Shown here: piece after piece, positions 8,238 to 15,931 of the stretch | Layout of the letters: every line of letters starts with the position of its first letter | How positions within the stretch are numbered: position 1 is the stretch's first letter | Assembly (NCBI GenBank): GCA_943330235.2 | Contig: CALQGY020000006.1 | Span: forward strand, 3,487 to 67,486 | Length of the DNA: 64,000 bases | Source of the DNA: Candidatus Kuenenia stuttgartensis | GTDB lineage: Bacteria; Gemmatimonadota; Gemmatimonadetes; Gemmatimonadales; Gemmatimonadaceae | Direction: 5' to 3' | Made by a program: the position numbers and the translations under genes | Notes under the pieces: generated by a model | Databases searched by the model: none | Told to the model about the DNA's origin: nothing | What the model saw: only the letters and a program-made list of their open reading frames with translations

Positions 8238-9745
8238 AGCGCCCAGACGGTCGCCCGCCGCGGCGTGACTCGGACTCGTCGTCGCGCCCGGCACGCGCCT
8301 CCGGCGCATGGCCTGGCGCGGCCAAGCCCACCAAGGGGCCGCCGCGTGGTGCGTCCGCGGGATCCTCGCGCGGTCCCTCCAAAGGGTCGGCCCGTGGTGC
8401 ATCCACTGGACCCTCGCGCGGCCCGTCCAAGGGGCCAGCGCGTGGCCCCTCTGCCGGCCCGTCGCGGCCGGCCGAACGGAGTGCTGCCCCGTCGGCCACG
8501 TCCGGGAGCGCAACGCCTGCGCTGCGCCCCGCGACGCCGCGTCCTGTGCTGTCCAAGGCCGCGCTCTCGAAGGCGGCGCCCGAGCGTGGCGCACCCAAAA
8601 CCGGTGCGACCACGGGTGGGGCGGGGAAGTCCGGTGGCAAAGGCGCGGCACCGTGGGGCAAGCGGTTTGGTCCCGCCAAAGGCGCGACGCGCCCGGGGGC
8701 GGAACGCGGCCCCGCACGAGCCGGCACCACGCGCGACGGCGCGCCAAAGCGCGCCCCGCGCGCGCCGCGCGACGAACCGCGTGAAGCACCAGTAGCGGCC
8801 GCGCCGCGCCCCACGGGCCCCGGAGCGGACCTCGGCGCGGAGCGCGTCGCGGCGCTGGTTGCCGAACGACTCGCCGCACGCGCCGCTGAAAACGCGCCAC
8901 CGGTCAAGGGGGCCCGTCGTCCCGCCAAAGGCGGCCGACCCAAGGCACCCATGCGCGCCGTCGGACTCCCTGGTGCCGATGGCAAGGGCGGCAGTGTGTC
9001 GGCCACCGAGGAAGGACCGATTCGCGTCCAGCGGGCGCTGGCGCGGGCGGGCATCGCGTCCCGCCGTGAAGCGGACAAGGCCGTCGCCGACGGTCGCGTG
9101 CGCATCAACGGCGAAATCGCGCTCATCGGCCAGCTCGTCGACCCCGCGGTCGATAAGCTCACGCTCGACGGTGAGACCGTATCGGTACTCGTCACCTCGC
9201 ATCGCTGGATTGTGCTCAACAAGCCGGCGCGCGTGATGACCACCCGGAAGGATCCGGAAGGACGCCCCACGGTGTTCGATCTGGTGCGTGACGTCGCGGG
9301 CTTGGTGTATGTGGGCCGGCTGGACTTCATGACCGAGGGGGTGCTCCTCCTCACCACCGACGGGCGCGCGGCGCATGCGCTCACGCATCCCAGTCGGGAA
9401 GTGGAGCGCACGTACATGGCCACGGTGCAGGGCGATGCCGTCACCGCGGCACGAGAGGCGCGACGCGGCGTGCAGTTGGAGGACGGCCTGGTCGTGCCGC
9501 GCGAGGTGCTCGCGCACCCCATGGGGCAGCGTCGATGGGGCTTCGAGATCACCATCACGGAAGGCAAGACGCACGAAGTCCGTCGGATCTGCGACGTCTT
9601 GGGGCTCGAGGTCGAGCGTCTCGTGCGCACCAGCTTTGGTCCCATCCGACTCGGTCCACTGGAGCCGGGCGAGACGCGAGCCCTGACGCCGAAGGAGCGG
9701 GAAATGATCGAGGCGCTCATCGCCTCCGATGTGAACGCCGAGTAA
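8234..9745 (+). CDS. rluB: 23S rRNA pseudouridine synthase (RluB/RsuA family) with long Arg/Gly/Pro/Ser-rich N-terminal region
   Basis: S4 domain IRVQRALARAGIASRREADKAVADGRVRING; catalytic VGRLDFMTEGVLLLTTDG. GTGA overlap with scpB. An alternative ATG at 8951 would give the canonical-length enzyme. Confidence 0.85.
   Translation: MKRPDGRPPRRDSDSSSRPARASGAWPGAAKPTKGPPRGASAGSSRGPSKGSARGASTGPSRGPSKGPARGPSAGPSRPAERSAAPSATSGSATPALRPATPRPVLSKAALSKAAPERGAPKTGATTGGAGKSGGKGAAPWGKRFGPAKGATRPGAERGPARAGTTRDGAPKRAPRAPRDEPREAPVAAAPRPTGPGADLGAERVAALVAERLAARAAENAPPVKGARRPAKGGRPKAPMRAVGLPGADGKGGSVSATEEGPIRVQRALARAGIASRREADKAVADGRVRINGEIALIGQLVDPAVDKLTLDGETVSVLVTSHRWIVLNKPARVMTTRKDPEGRPTVFDLVRDVAGLVYVGRLDFMTEGVLLLTTDGRAAHALTHPSREVERTYMATVQGDAVTAAREARRGVQLEDGLVVPREVLAHPMGQRRWGFEITITEGKTHEVRRICDVLGLEVERLVRTSFGPIRLGPLEPGETRALTPKEREMIEALIASDVNAE
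8345..8464 (+). repeat. five tandem 24-nt units encoding RG(P/A)SxGxx
   Basis: Read directly from the sequence: RGASAGSS / RGPSKGSA / RGASTGPS / RGPSKGPA / RGPSAGPS, in frame with the rluB ORF. Confidence 0.75.
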
Positions 9746-9915
9746 TCGAGGCGGGTCGGTCCCGCGCACGCGATGGTTGCGCCCGCCGAGGGAGCTTCCA
9801 CCGCGTGAACGGGTATCGTGCGCGCACGACGTTCGCGTCGTGACGACCCGTCAGTGAAGGCCGGAAGCGCTCGGCGACCGGCCCACCCTGAATCATTCCC
9901 GAGGAGCTGCAAGTC

Positions 9916-10890
9916 GTGACCACCAGCGCCGCCGCGTCCACCGACGCGGCACTCGTGCAGGGCGTATTGCGCGAAGTCGCCCGTCGCATCGTGGGGCAGG
10001 AGTACATGGTTGAGCGTTTGCTCATCAGCCTCCTCACGGGTGGACATGTGCTGCTTGAGGGCGTCCCCGGGCTCGCCAAGACGCTCACGGTGCGCACGCT
10101 CGCCGAAACCGTGCGCACCAGCTTCGCGCGCATCCAGTTCACGCCGGACCTGCTACCCGCGGACGTCGTCGGTACGCAAATCTTCGACCAGCCCACGGGC
10201 GAATTCCGCGTCAAGCACGGCCCGATCTTCGCGAACATCATCCTCGCGGACGAAATCAATCGCGCGCCAGCCAAGGTGCAGGCGGCGCTGCTCGAGGCCA
10301 TGCAGGAGAAGCAGGTCACCATCGGCGGCACCACGTATCGGCTGGCCGAACCGTTCCTCGTGCTCGCCACGCAGAACCCCATCGAGCAGGAGGGGACGTA
10401 CCCGCTCCCCGAGGCGCAGGTGGATCGCTTCATGATGAAGCTGCGCGTCGGGTATCCCACGCGCGCCGAAGAGAAGGAGATCCTGCGTCGCATGGCCGGC
10501 GGCGATTCGGTCGTGATCAATCCGGTCGCCTCGCCGGAAGAACTGTTGGACGCACGCCGTCGCATCAGCGAGTTGTACATGGACGAGCGCATCGTCGACT
10601 ACATCGTCGAACTGGTGCACGCCACGCGCTTCCCGGCCGAAGCAGGCGCGCCCGATTTGACGCCGCTCATCGAGTTCGGTGCCAGCCCGCGCGCGACCAT
10701 CGCGCTGGGGCAGGCCTCCCGTGCGCACGCGTTTCTGCGCGGCCGCGCGTTCGTCACGCCCGATGACGTGAAGAGCATCGCCCCCGACGTGCTGCGGCAT
10801 CGCGTGCTGACCACGTTCGAGGCTGATGCCGAAGGTGTGACCAGCGACGACATCGTCTCGCGTCTGCTCGCCGTCGTCGAAGCGCCCTGA
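9916..10890 (+). CDS. MoxR-family AAA+ ATPase
   Basis: Walker A GVPGLAKT; Walker B IILADEINRA; FLVLATQNPIEQEGTYPLPEAQVDRF; GASPRA. GTG start. Confidence 0.93.
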   Translation: MTTSAAASTDAALVQGVLREVARRIVGQEYMVERLLISLLTGGHVLLEGVPGLAKTLTVRTLAETVRTSFARIQFTPDLLPADVVGTQIFDQPTGEFRVKHGPIFANIILADEINRAPAKVQAALLEAMQEKQVTIGGTTYRLAEPFLVLATQNPIEQEGTYPLPEAQVDRFMMKLRVGYPTRAEEKEILRRMAGGDSVVINPVASPEELLDARRRISELYMDERIVDYIVELVHATRFPAEAGAPDLTPLIEFGASPRATIALGQASRAHAFLRGRAFVTPDDVKSIAPDVLRHRVLTTFEADAEGVTSDDIVSRLLAVVEAP

Positions 10891-10907
10891 CCACGGCGCG
10901 ACCCGAC

Positions 10908-11996
10908 GTGTCCACCGCGACCGTATCGCCCGCGTCCGCCGTCCCCGCCGACATCCTGCGACAGGTCCGTCGCATCGAAGTGCGGACACGACGATTGGTC
11001 GACTCGAGCTTCGCCGGCGAGTACCGCTCGCTCTTCAAGGGGCAGGGGATGGAGTTCGCGGAAGTGCGCGAATACCAGCCCGGCGACGAGGTGCGCGCGA
11101 TCGACTGGAACGTGACCGCGCGCATGGGTCGGCCCTTCGTCAAGCGCTATGTCGAGGAGCGCGAGCTGACCATCATGCTGGCCATCGACGTCTCGGGGTC
11201 GTCGCGGTTTGGGACACGCGCCCGATTCAAGCATGAACTCGCCATGGAGATGGCCGGCGTCCTCGCGCTGACCGCCGTTCGGAACAACGACCGCGTCGGG
11301 ACCATGCTGTTTTCCGATCGCGTCGAACATGCGTTGCCGCCACGCAAAGGGCGCAAGCACGCGCTCCGCCTCATTCGCGACCTGCTCACCAACACGCCGC
11401 GTTCGCAGGGGACGTCGATCACGGCCGCGGTCGACCGGCTCATGCGATTGCTGCCGCACCGGTCGGTCATCTTCCTCTGCTCCGATTTTCTGACGCCGGA
11501 TCTCGAGAAGCCGCTGGCGCGTCTCGCGCAGCGCCACGACGTGATCGCGGTGACCCTCGAGGATCCCGCTGAGCGGGTGCTCCCAGATATTGGCCTGGCG
11601 CGACTCGAAGATCCGGAGACGGGCGAACGCCTCGAGATCGATACGTCGCATCCCGCGGTGCGTGCGGCCTTTGCCCGTCGCGTAGCTGAGGCGGACGACG
11701 CACGTCGTCGTCTGTTCGGTCGGCTCGGCCTCGACGAGATCGTCGTCCATACCGAACACGGATACGTGGACGCGCTGCTCGCCTTCTTTCGGGCGCGCGT
11801 GCGTCGACCGCATGGCGCCGTGCGTACCGGACCGCGTGGCGCGCTCGGCGATGCCGCCGGCGCCGAGGCGACCGTGCGTGCGCCCGGTGGGTCGCGCGCG
11901 GCGACGAGTGCGACGGCCGCACCCGGCGCACGCACGCCGCCACATCGCGCGGCCGCCGCGTCGTCGTTTATGCGTCCGCCGTCCGGTACGCCGTGA
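10908..11996 (+). CDS. DUF58-domain protein (degenerate VWA, MoxR partner)
   Basis: YQPGDEVRAIDWNVTARMGRPFVKRYVEERELTIMLAIDVSGSSRFG, the typical DUF58 core; low-complexity C-terminal tail. Confidence 0.85.
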   Translation: MSTATVSPASAVPADILRQVRRIEVRTRRLVDSSFAGEYRSLFKGQGMEFAEVREYQPGDEVRAIDWNVTARMGRPFVKRYVEERELTIMLAIDVSGSSRFGTRARFKHELAMEMAGVLALTAVRNNDRVGTMLFSDRVEHALPPRKGRKHALRLIRDLLTNTPRSQGTSITAAVDRLMRLLPHRSVIFLCSDFLTPDLEKPLARLAQRHDVIAVTLEDPAERVLPDIGLARLEDPETGERLEIDTSHPAVRAAFARRVAEADDARRRLFGRLGLDEIVVHTEHGYVDALLAFFRARVRRPHGAVRTGPRGALGDAAGAEATVRAPGGSRAATSATAAPGARTPPHRAAAASSFMRPPSGTP

Positions 11997-13138
11997 TGCG
12001 CGACCCGCGGCGTGTGAGTGTGCGAGCGGTGATGGCCCATCTGCTTGGGGCGTTGTTGGGTGTGCTGACGCTCGTCGGCACACCGTCGCATCATGTGGAG
12101 GCGCAGTCGCCTCGACGCGCGGCGCGGCGCGCACGCGTCGCCCCGGCGCGCCAGGCGGTCTCCGATTCCGTCGCCGTCGCGTCCACGCTCCGAGCCGGCT
12201 CGGTGGTGCGTCCGGACACGGTCGCGGTCGGTGATCCATTCACGTTCGTCGTCACGCTGGAGGTGCCCGCCAATGTCACCGTACAATGGCCGAGCATTAC
12301 CGATACTGCGGCGGCCGTCGCCATGCGCGGGCCGGTCACCGTCACGACGGAATCGCTCGGCGCGCTTCGCCGTGAGACCGCCGAGTACGCATTGACTGCG
12401 TGGAATGTGGGCACGCTGCCCATCGGGATGCCCAACGCCATCGTCCGCGCGCCCGACGGCGTGCGGTCCGTCTCGCTCGCGGATGCGCGCATTGTGGTGC
12501 GCACGGTCCTTCCGCTTGATACGTCGTTGCATGTGCCCAAACCGCCGCGAGGTCTCTTTCCGCGCGTGGTGCCGTGGTGGCAGGCGTGGGGGCCGGCCGT
12601 TGCGGTGATTGCCGCGCTGGCGCTGCTCTGGTGGCTGTGGCGGCGTCGTCGTCGACGCGTCGTGCGGCGCCCCAGCGCCCCGCTCGATGTGTTCGGGCGC
12701 GCGATGCACGAGTTCGAGCGGCTGCAGCGTCTGGAACTCGCGGGTGCGGGCGAGCGCGGTCGCGCCGTCGTACTCGCGGCCGACATTGTTCGCACGTATC
12801 TCGCCGAACGGGTGAGCGACGCGGCGTTGTCGCGCACGAGCGCCGAACTGCTGGTGGGCATCAGCGACGACCCGCGGATCCCGCGTGATCGGCTCGCGTC
12901 GTTTCTCGCCGAGGCCGACCGCATCAAGTTTGCACAGCGCGTCGTCGTGGAGGCGCGTGCACGGGAGATGCAGGCGGAGGCACGGGCCATCGTCGAGGCC
13001 GTTGAAGCGGCGGACCATGCACGCCGCGATGCGGAGTCGGCCGCGCGTGAGGCCGCCGTGCGCGCCGCGCGCGAAGCGAGTCGGCAGCACGAGGACGATG
13101 CGCGGCGCTCGTCACGGCGTCCGAAGGGCGGGGCGTGA
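11993..13138 (+). CDS. membrane protein of the Bat-type cluster (signal peptide, BatD-like N-terminal region, single TM, DUF4381-like C-terminal helical region)
   Basis: Signal-like LLGALLGVLTLVG; GDPFTFVVTLEVP; TM AVAVIAALALLWWLWRRRRRR; position between DUF58 and the VWA genes. Family assignment is by recollection only. Confidence 0.55.
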   Translation: MMRDPRRVSVRAVMAHLLGALLGVLTLVGTPSHHVEAQSPRRAARRARVAPARQAVSDSVAVASTLRAGSVVRPDTVAVGDPFTFVVTLEVPANVTVQWPSITDTAAAVAMRGPVTVTTESLGALRRETAEYALTAWNVGTLPIGMPNAIVRAPDGVRSVSLADARIVVRTVLPLDTSLHVPKPPRGLFPRVVPWWQAWGPAVAVIAALALLWWLWRRRRRRVVRRPSAPLDVFGRAMHEFERLQRLELAGAGERGRAVVLAADIVRTYLAERVSDAALSRTSAELLVGISDDPRIPRDRLASFLAEADRIKFAQRVVVEARAREMQAEARAIVEAVEAADHARRDAESAAREAAVRAAREASRQHEDDARRSSRRPKGGA

Positions 13139-14196
13139 TGAAGGCGTTGCTGGCACAGTGGCGCGCGTGGGACTGGACCACGGCATCGGGCGATCCGACG
13201 ACGTGGTTTGGGATCAACATGGCGCATCCGCCGGTATTGCTGCTCCTCCTCCTGCTGCCGTTATGGGGCTGGTGGCGTCGCCGCCGGAGTGGCCGCGATC
13301 AGGCCGCGATCCCGTTCCCGTTAACCGCGATGCTCGCCGCCGGTCCGCGACCGCGCGCGGGCGCCATGCGGTACCTGCCGTGGCTGCGTGCGCTGGCCGT
13401 CGCGGGGTTTATTGTGGCCGTGGCCCAGCCGCGTTCTGGCGCGCGGGCCACGCACGTGCCCAGTGAAGGCATTGATATCGCGCTGGCCGTGGATATCTCG
13501 AGCTCGATGTTGGCGGAGGACTTTCAGCCGCAGAATCGCATTGAGGTTGCCAAGGATAAGGTCAAGCGCTTCGTGCTGGGCCGGAAGTCCGATCGCGTCG
13601 GGTTGGTCGCGTTCTCCGGTGAGGCGCTGACGCAGGTGCCCCTCACGACCGACTATCCCGTGCTGCTCGCCGCGATCGACAACCTGCAAGTCGGGCAGTT
13701 GGAGGACGGGACCGCCATCGGCACCGCGATTGCCACGGCGGCGAATCGGTTGCGGACCGCGCCAGGACGTTCGCGCGTGATGATCGTGCTCACCGACGGC
13801 GAGAACAATCGCGGCGCCATCGACCCCCGCACGGCGGCGCAGGCCGCGGCGTCGTTCGGGATTCGCATTTACACCATTGGCGTCGGTAGCGAAGGCATGG
13901 CCGCCGTTCCCGTCGGCCGGAGTCTTTTTGGCCTGCGCTACGAGAACCGGCCGGTGAAAATCGACGAGGCCTTGCTGACCGAGATCGCGACGGCCTCGGG
14001 CGGACGCTACTTCCGCGCCAAGGATGCCGAAGCGTTGCAGCGCATTTACGAGCAGATCGACCAGCTCGAACGGACCATCGTCGAGCAGCGCGCCTTTGTG
14101 CGCTACACGGAGCAATTCCGGTGGCCGTTGCTGATCGGGCTCCTCGCGCTGCTGGCCGAGTTGTTCATCCTCGCGCGTCGCGGAGTGCTTCCATGA
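13135..14196 (+). CDS. batA: VWA-domain membrane protein, BatA-like
   Basis: N-terminal TM (HPPVLLLLLLLPLWGWW); MIDAS DISSSM ... DGTAIG ... LTDGENN; C-terminal TM. The exact start is uncertain (13135, 13138 or 13219). Confidence 0.85.
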   Translation: MMKALLAQWRAWDWTTASGDPTTWFGINMAHPPVLLLLLLLPLWGWWRRRRSGRDQAAIPFPLTAMLAAGPRPRAGAMRYLPWLRALAVAGFIVAVAQPRSGARATHVPSEGIDIALAVDISSSMLAEDFQPQNRIEVAKDKVKRFVLGRKSDRVGLVAFSGEALTQVPLTTDYPVLLAAIDNLQVGQLEDGTAIGTAIATAANRLRTAPGRSRVMIVLTDGENNRGAIDPRTAAQAAASFGIRIYTIGVGSEGMAAVPVGRSLFGLRYENRPVKIDEALLTEIATASGGRYFRAKDAEALQRIYEQIDQLERTIVEQRAFVRYTEQFRWPLLIGLLALLAELFILARRGVLP

Positions 14197-14206
14197 GCAT
14201 ACGCGT

Positions 14207-15931
14207 ATGAGCGAAATGCCGCAGGTCGTGTTCGATACGCCGTGGCTGCTCGTGGTGGCCGTCATGCTGCCGCTCGCCGTGTGGCTGCTGCGCCGCGTGC
14301 GCGCGCGTCGGCGCGGCGAACGACTCGCGCGATTCGCCGAACCCGGAGCCTTGGGTCGGCTGCTCCGGAGTGATCGCACCGGGCCGGGCGCACGGACGCT
14401 CCGACTGGTGACCGTCGCCACGCTGGCCGGCATCGCGCTGGCCGGACCGCGGTGGGGTGTGGCGCGTGGGCCGACCTCGGCCAAGGGCATCGACATCGCG
14501 ATCGCGCTCGACGCCTCGCTCTCCATGATGGCCACCGACGACCGACCGTCTCGGCTTGAACGCATGAAACAAGAAGTGCGACGGCTGCGCGCGATGTCGC
14601 ACGCCGATCGAGTCGCGCTCATTGCCTTTGCGGGGCGGAGCTATATCCTCACGCCGCTCACGTCGGACGACGGCGCGATCGAACTCTTCCTCGATAACCT
14701 CGATCCCAGCGTCGTCGGGCAGGCGGGGAGTTCTATTGCGCGCGCCATGCGTCAAGGAGCCGAGTTACTCCTTGCCAGCGACGGCAGCGCTGATCGCGCG
14801 CTGGTGATCATGAGCGACGGCGAAGTATTTGAGCCGGCCGAGGACGTGGAGAAGGCCGCGCAGGAAGCAGGCACGCAAGGCATTACCGTCGTCACCGTCG
14901 GCTTCGGGACGGAACGCGGGAGCACCATTCCCGTGCGTGAGGGCGGCGTGATGCGCGAGAAGCGCGATCAGGATGGCAAGGTGGTGGTCACTCAATACCA
15001 TCCCGAGCTGCTGCAGCGCGCGGCCGACGCCGCGGGCGGCACGTTCATCGCCGCGGAGGTCTCGGACAAGGCTACGCGCGTGCGGTCGGCGCTGCGTTCG
15101 CTGCGGGCGGCCCGCCGCAACATCGACTCCCGTGAAGACGCCGTGCCCCGGTTTCTCTGGGTCCTCGTGCCGGCGCTGCTCATCCTGCTGTACGACACGT
15201 GGCTGATGGCGCGCCGCGCCCCGCGCACGACGCGGCTCACGCCGCCGTACGAGCCGCCGGCCCATGCCGAGTCGCGCATCGGCACGAGAGGTCCACGCGT
15301 TGGCACGAACGCCATCACCGCGCTCTGTATTCTGCTGGTGAACGCGGTCAGCTGCACCCAGCCCCCCGATCCGGCCGCGCTGTTCGGGCAGGGAGACGTG
15401 CACGGCGCCATTCGTGCCTATCGCGCGCTCATGGCGAAAGGCGATACATCCGCCGTGACGCGCTACAATCTGGGCACGGCACTCATCGGGGCTGACTCCC
15501 TCACCGAAGCGGTGGAACTGCTCGAAGCCGTGCGTCGCAGCACCGACGGCGAGTTGCGCATGCGTGCCCGCTACAACGCCGGCCTCGCGCAGCTGGAGCT
15601 TGGTCGTATGCCGGACAACCCCGAGTCGGATCGCGCCCTCAGTGCGGCGCGCGCCGCGTTCCGCGCCCTGCTCGAGGATCGTGCCGGCGACGGCGATGCG
15701 AAGTGGAACTACGAGCTCGCCCTGCGACATACGCCGCCAACGAGCGGCGGAGGAGGTGGTGGCGGCGGGCAGAATGATGCACCGCCGCAACCGCAGCCGT
15801 CGCCATCGTCTGGTCCGCTCGACCAACGTCAGGCCGAGGCGCTGCTGAACAGTGCGGCCAGGGAAGAGCGTGACGTGCAAGGGCGCAAGCAGCGACAGGG
15901 GAAGGTGCCGCCGACTGGGAAGGACTGGTGA
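14207..15931 (+). CDS. VWA + TPR membrane protein (BatB-BatC-like fusion)
   Basis: MIDAS DASLSM ... SDGEVFE; internal TM FLWVLVPALLILLY; TPR-like RYNLGTALIG / ARYNAGLAQLELG; Gly7 and Pro/Gln-rich tail. Confidence 0.8.
   Translation: MSEMPQVVFDTPWLLVVAVMLPLAVWLLRRVRARRRGERLARFAEPGALGRLLRSDRTGPGARTLRLVTVATLAGIALAGPRWGVARGPTSAKGIDIAIALDASLSMMATDDRPSRLERMKQEVRRLRAMSHADRVALIAFAGRSYILTPLTSDDGAIELFLDNLDPSVVGQAGSSIARAMRQGAELLLASDGSADRALVIMSDGEVFEPAEDVEKAAQEAGTQGITVVTVGFGTERGSTIPVREGGVMREKRDQDGKVVVTQYHPELLQRAADAAGGTFIAAEVSDKATRVRSALRSLRAARRNIDSREDAVPRFLWVLVPALLILLYDTWLMARRAPRTTRLTPPYEPPAHAESRIGTRGPRVGTNAITALCILLVNAVSCTQPPDPAALFGQGDVHGAIRAYRALMAKGDTSAVTRYNLGTALIGADSLTEAVELLEAVRRSTDGELRMRARYNAGLAQLELGRMPDNPESDRALSAARAAFRALLEDRAGDGDAKWNYELALRHTPPTSGGGGGGGGQNDAPPQPQPSPSSGPLDQRQAEALLNSAAREERDVQGRKQRQGKVPPTGKDW

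Noticed and set aside
8071-10047. 658-aa and 536-aa minus-strand ORFs, plus extra + frame ORFs (8265, 8308), over the rluB region
   Set aside because: All frames are open across this GC-rich repeat region. Only the 8234 frame continues into a recognisable enzyme. The others are Arg/Pro/Gly-rich with no motifs.
10599-14755. Several long minus-strand ORFs (546, 647, 378, 433 aa) across the MoxR/DUF58/VWA genes
   Set aside because: They are antisense shadows of genes with clear Walker, MIDAS and DUF58 motifs. They overlap each other in different frames and are Arg/Pro-rich.
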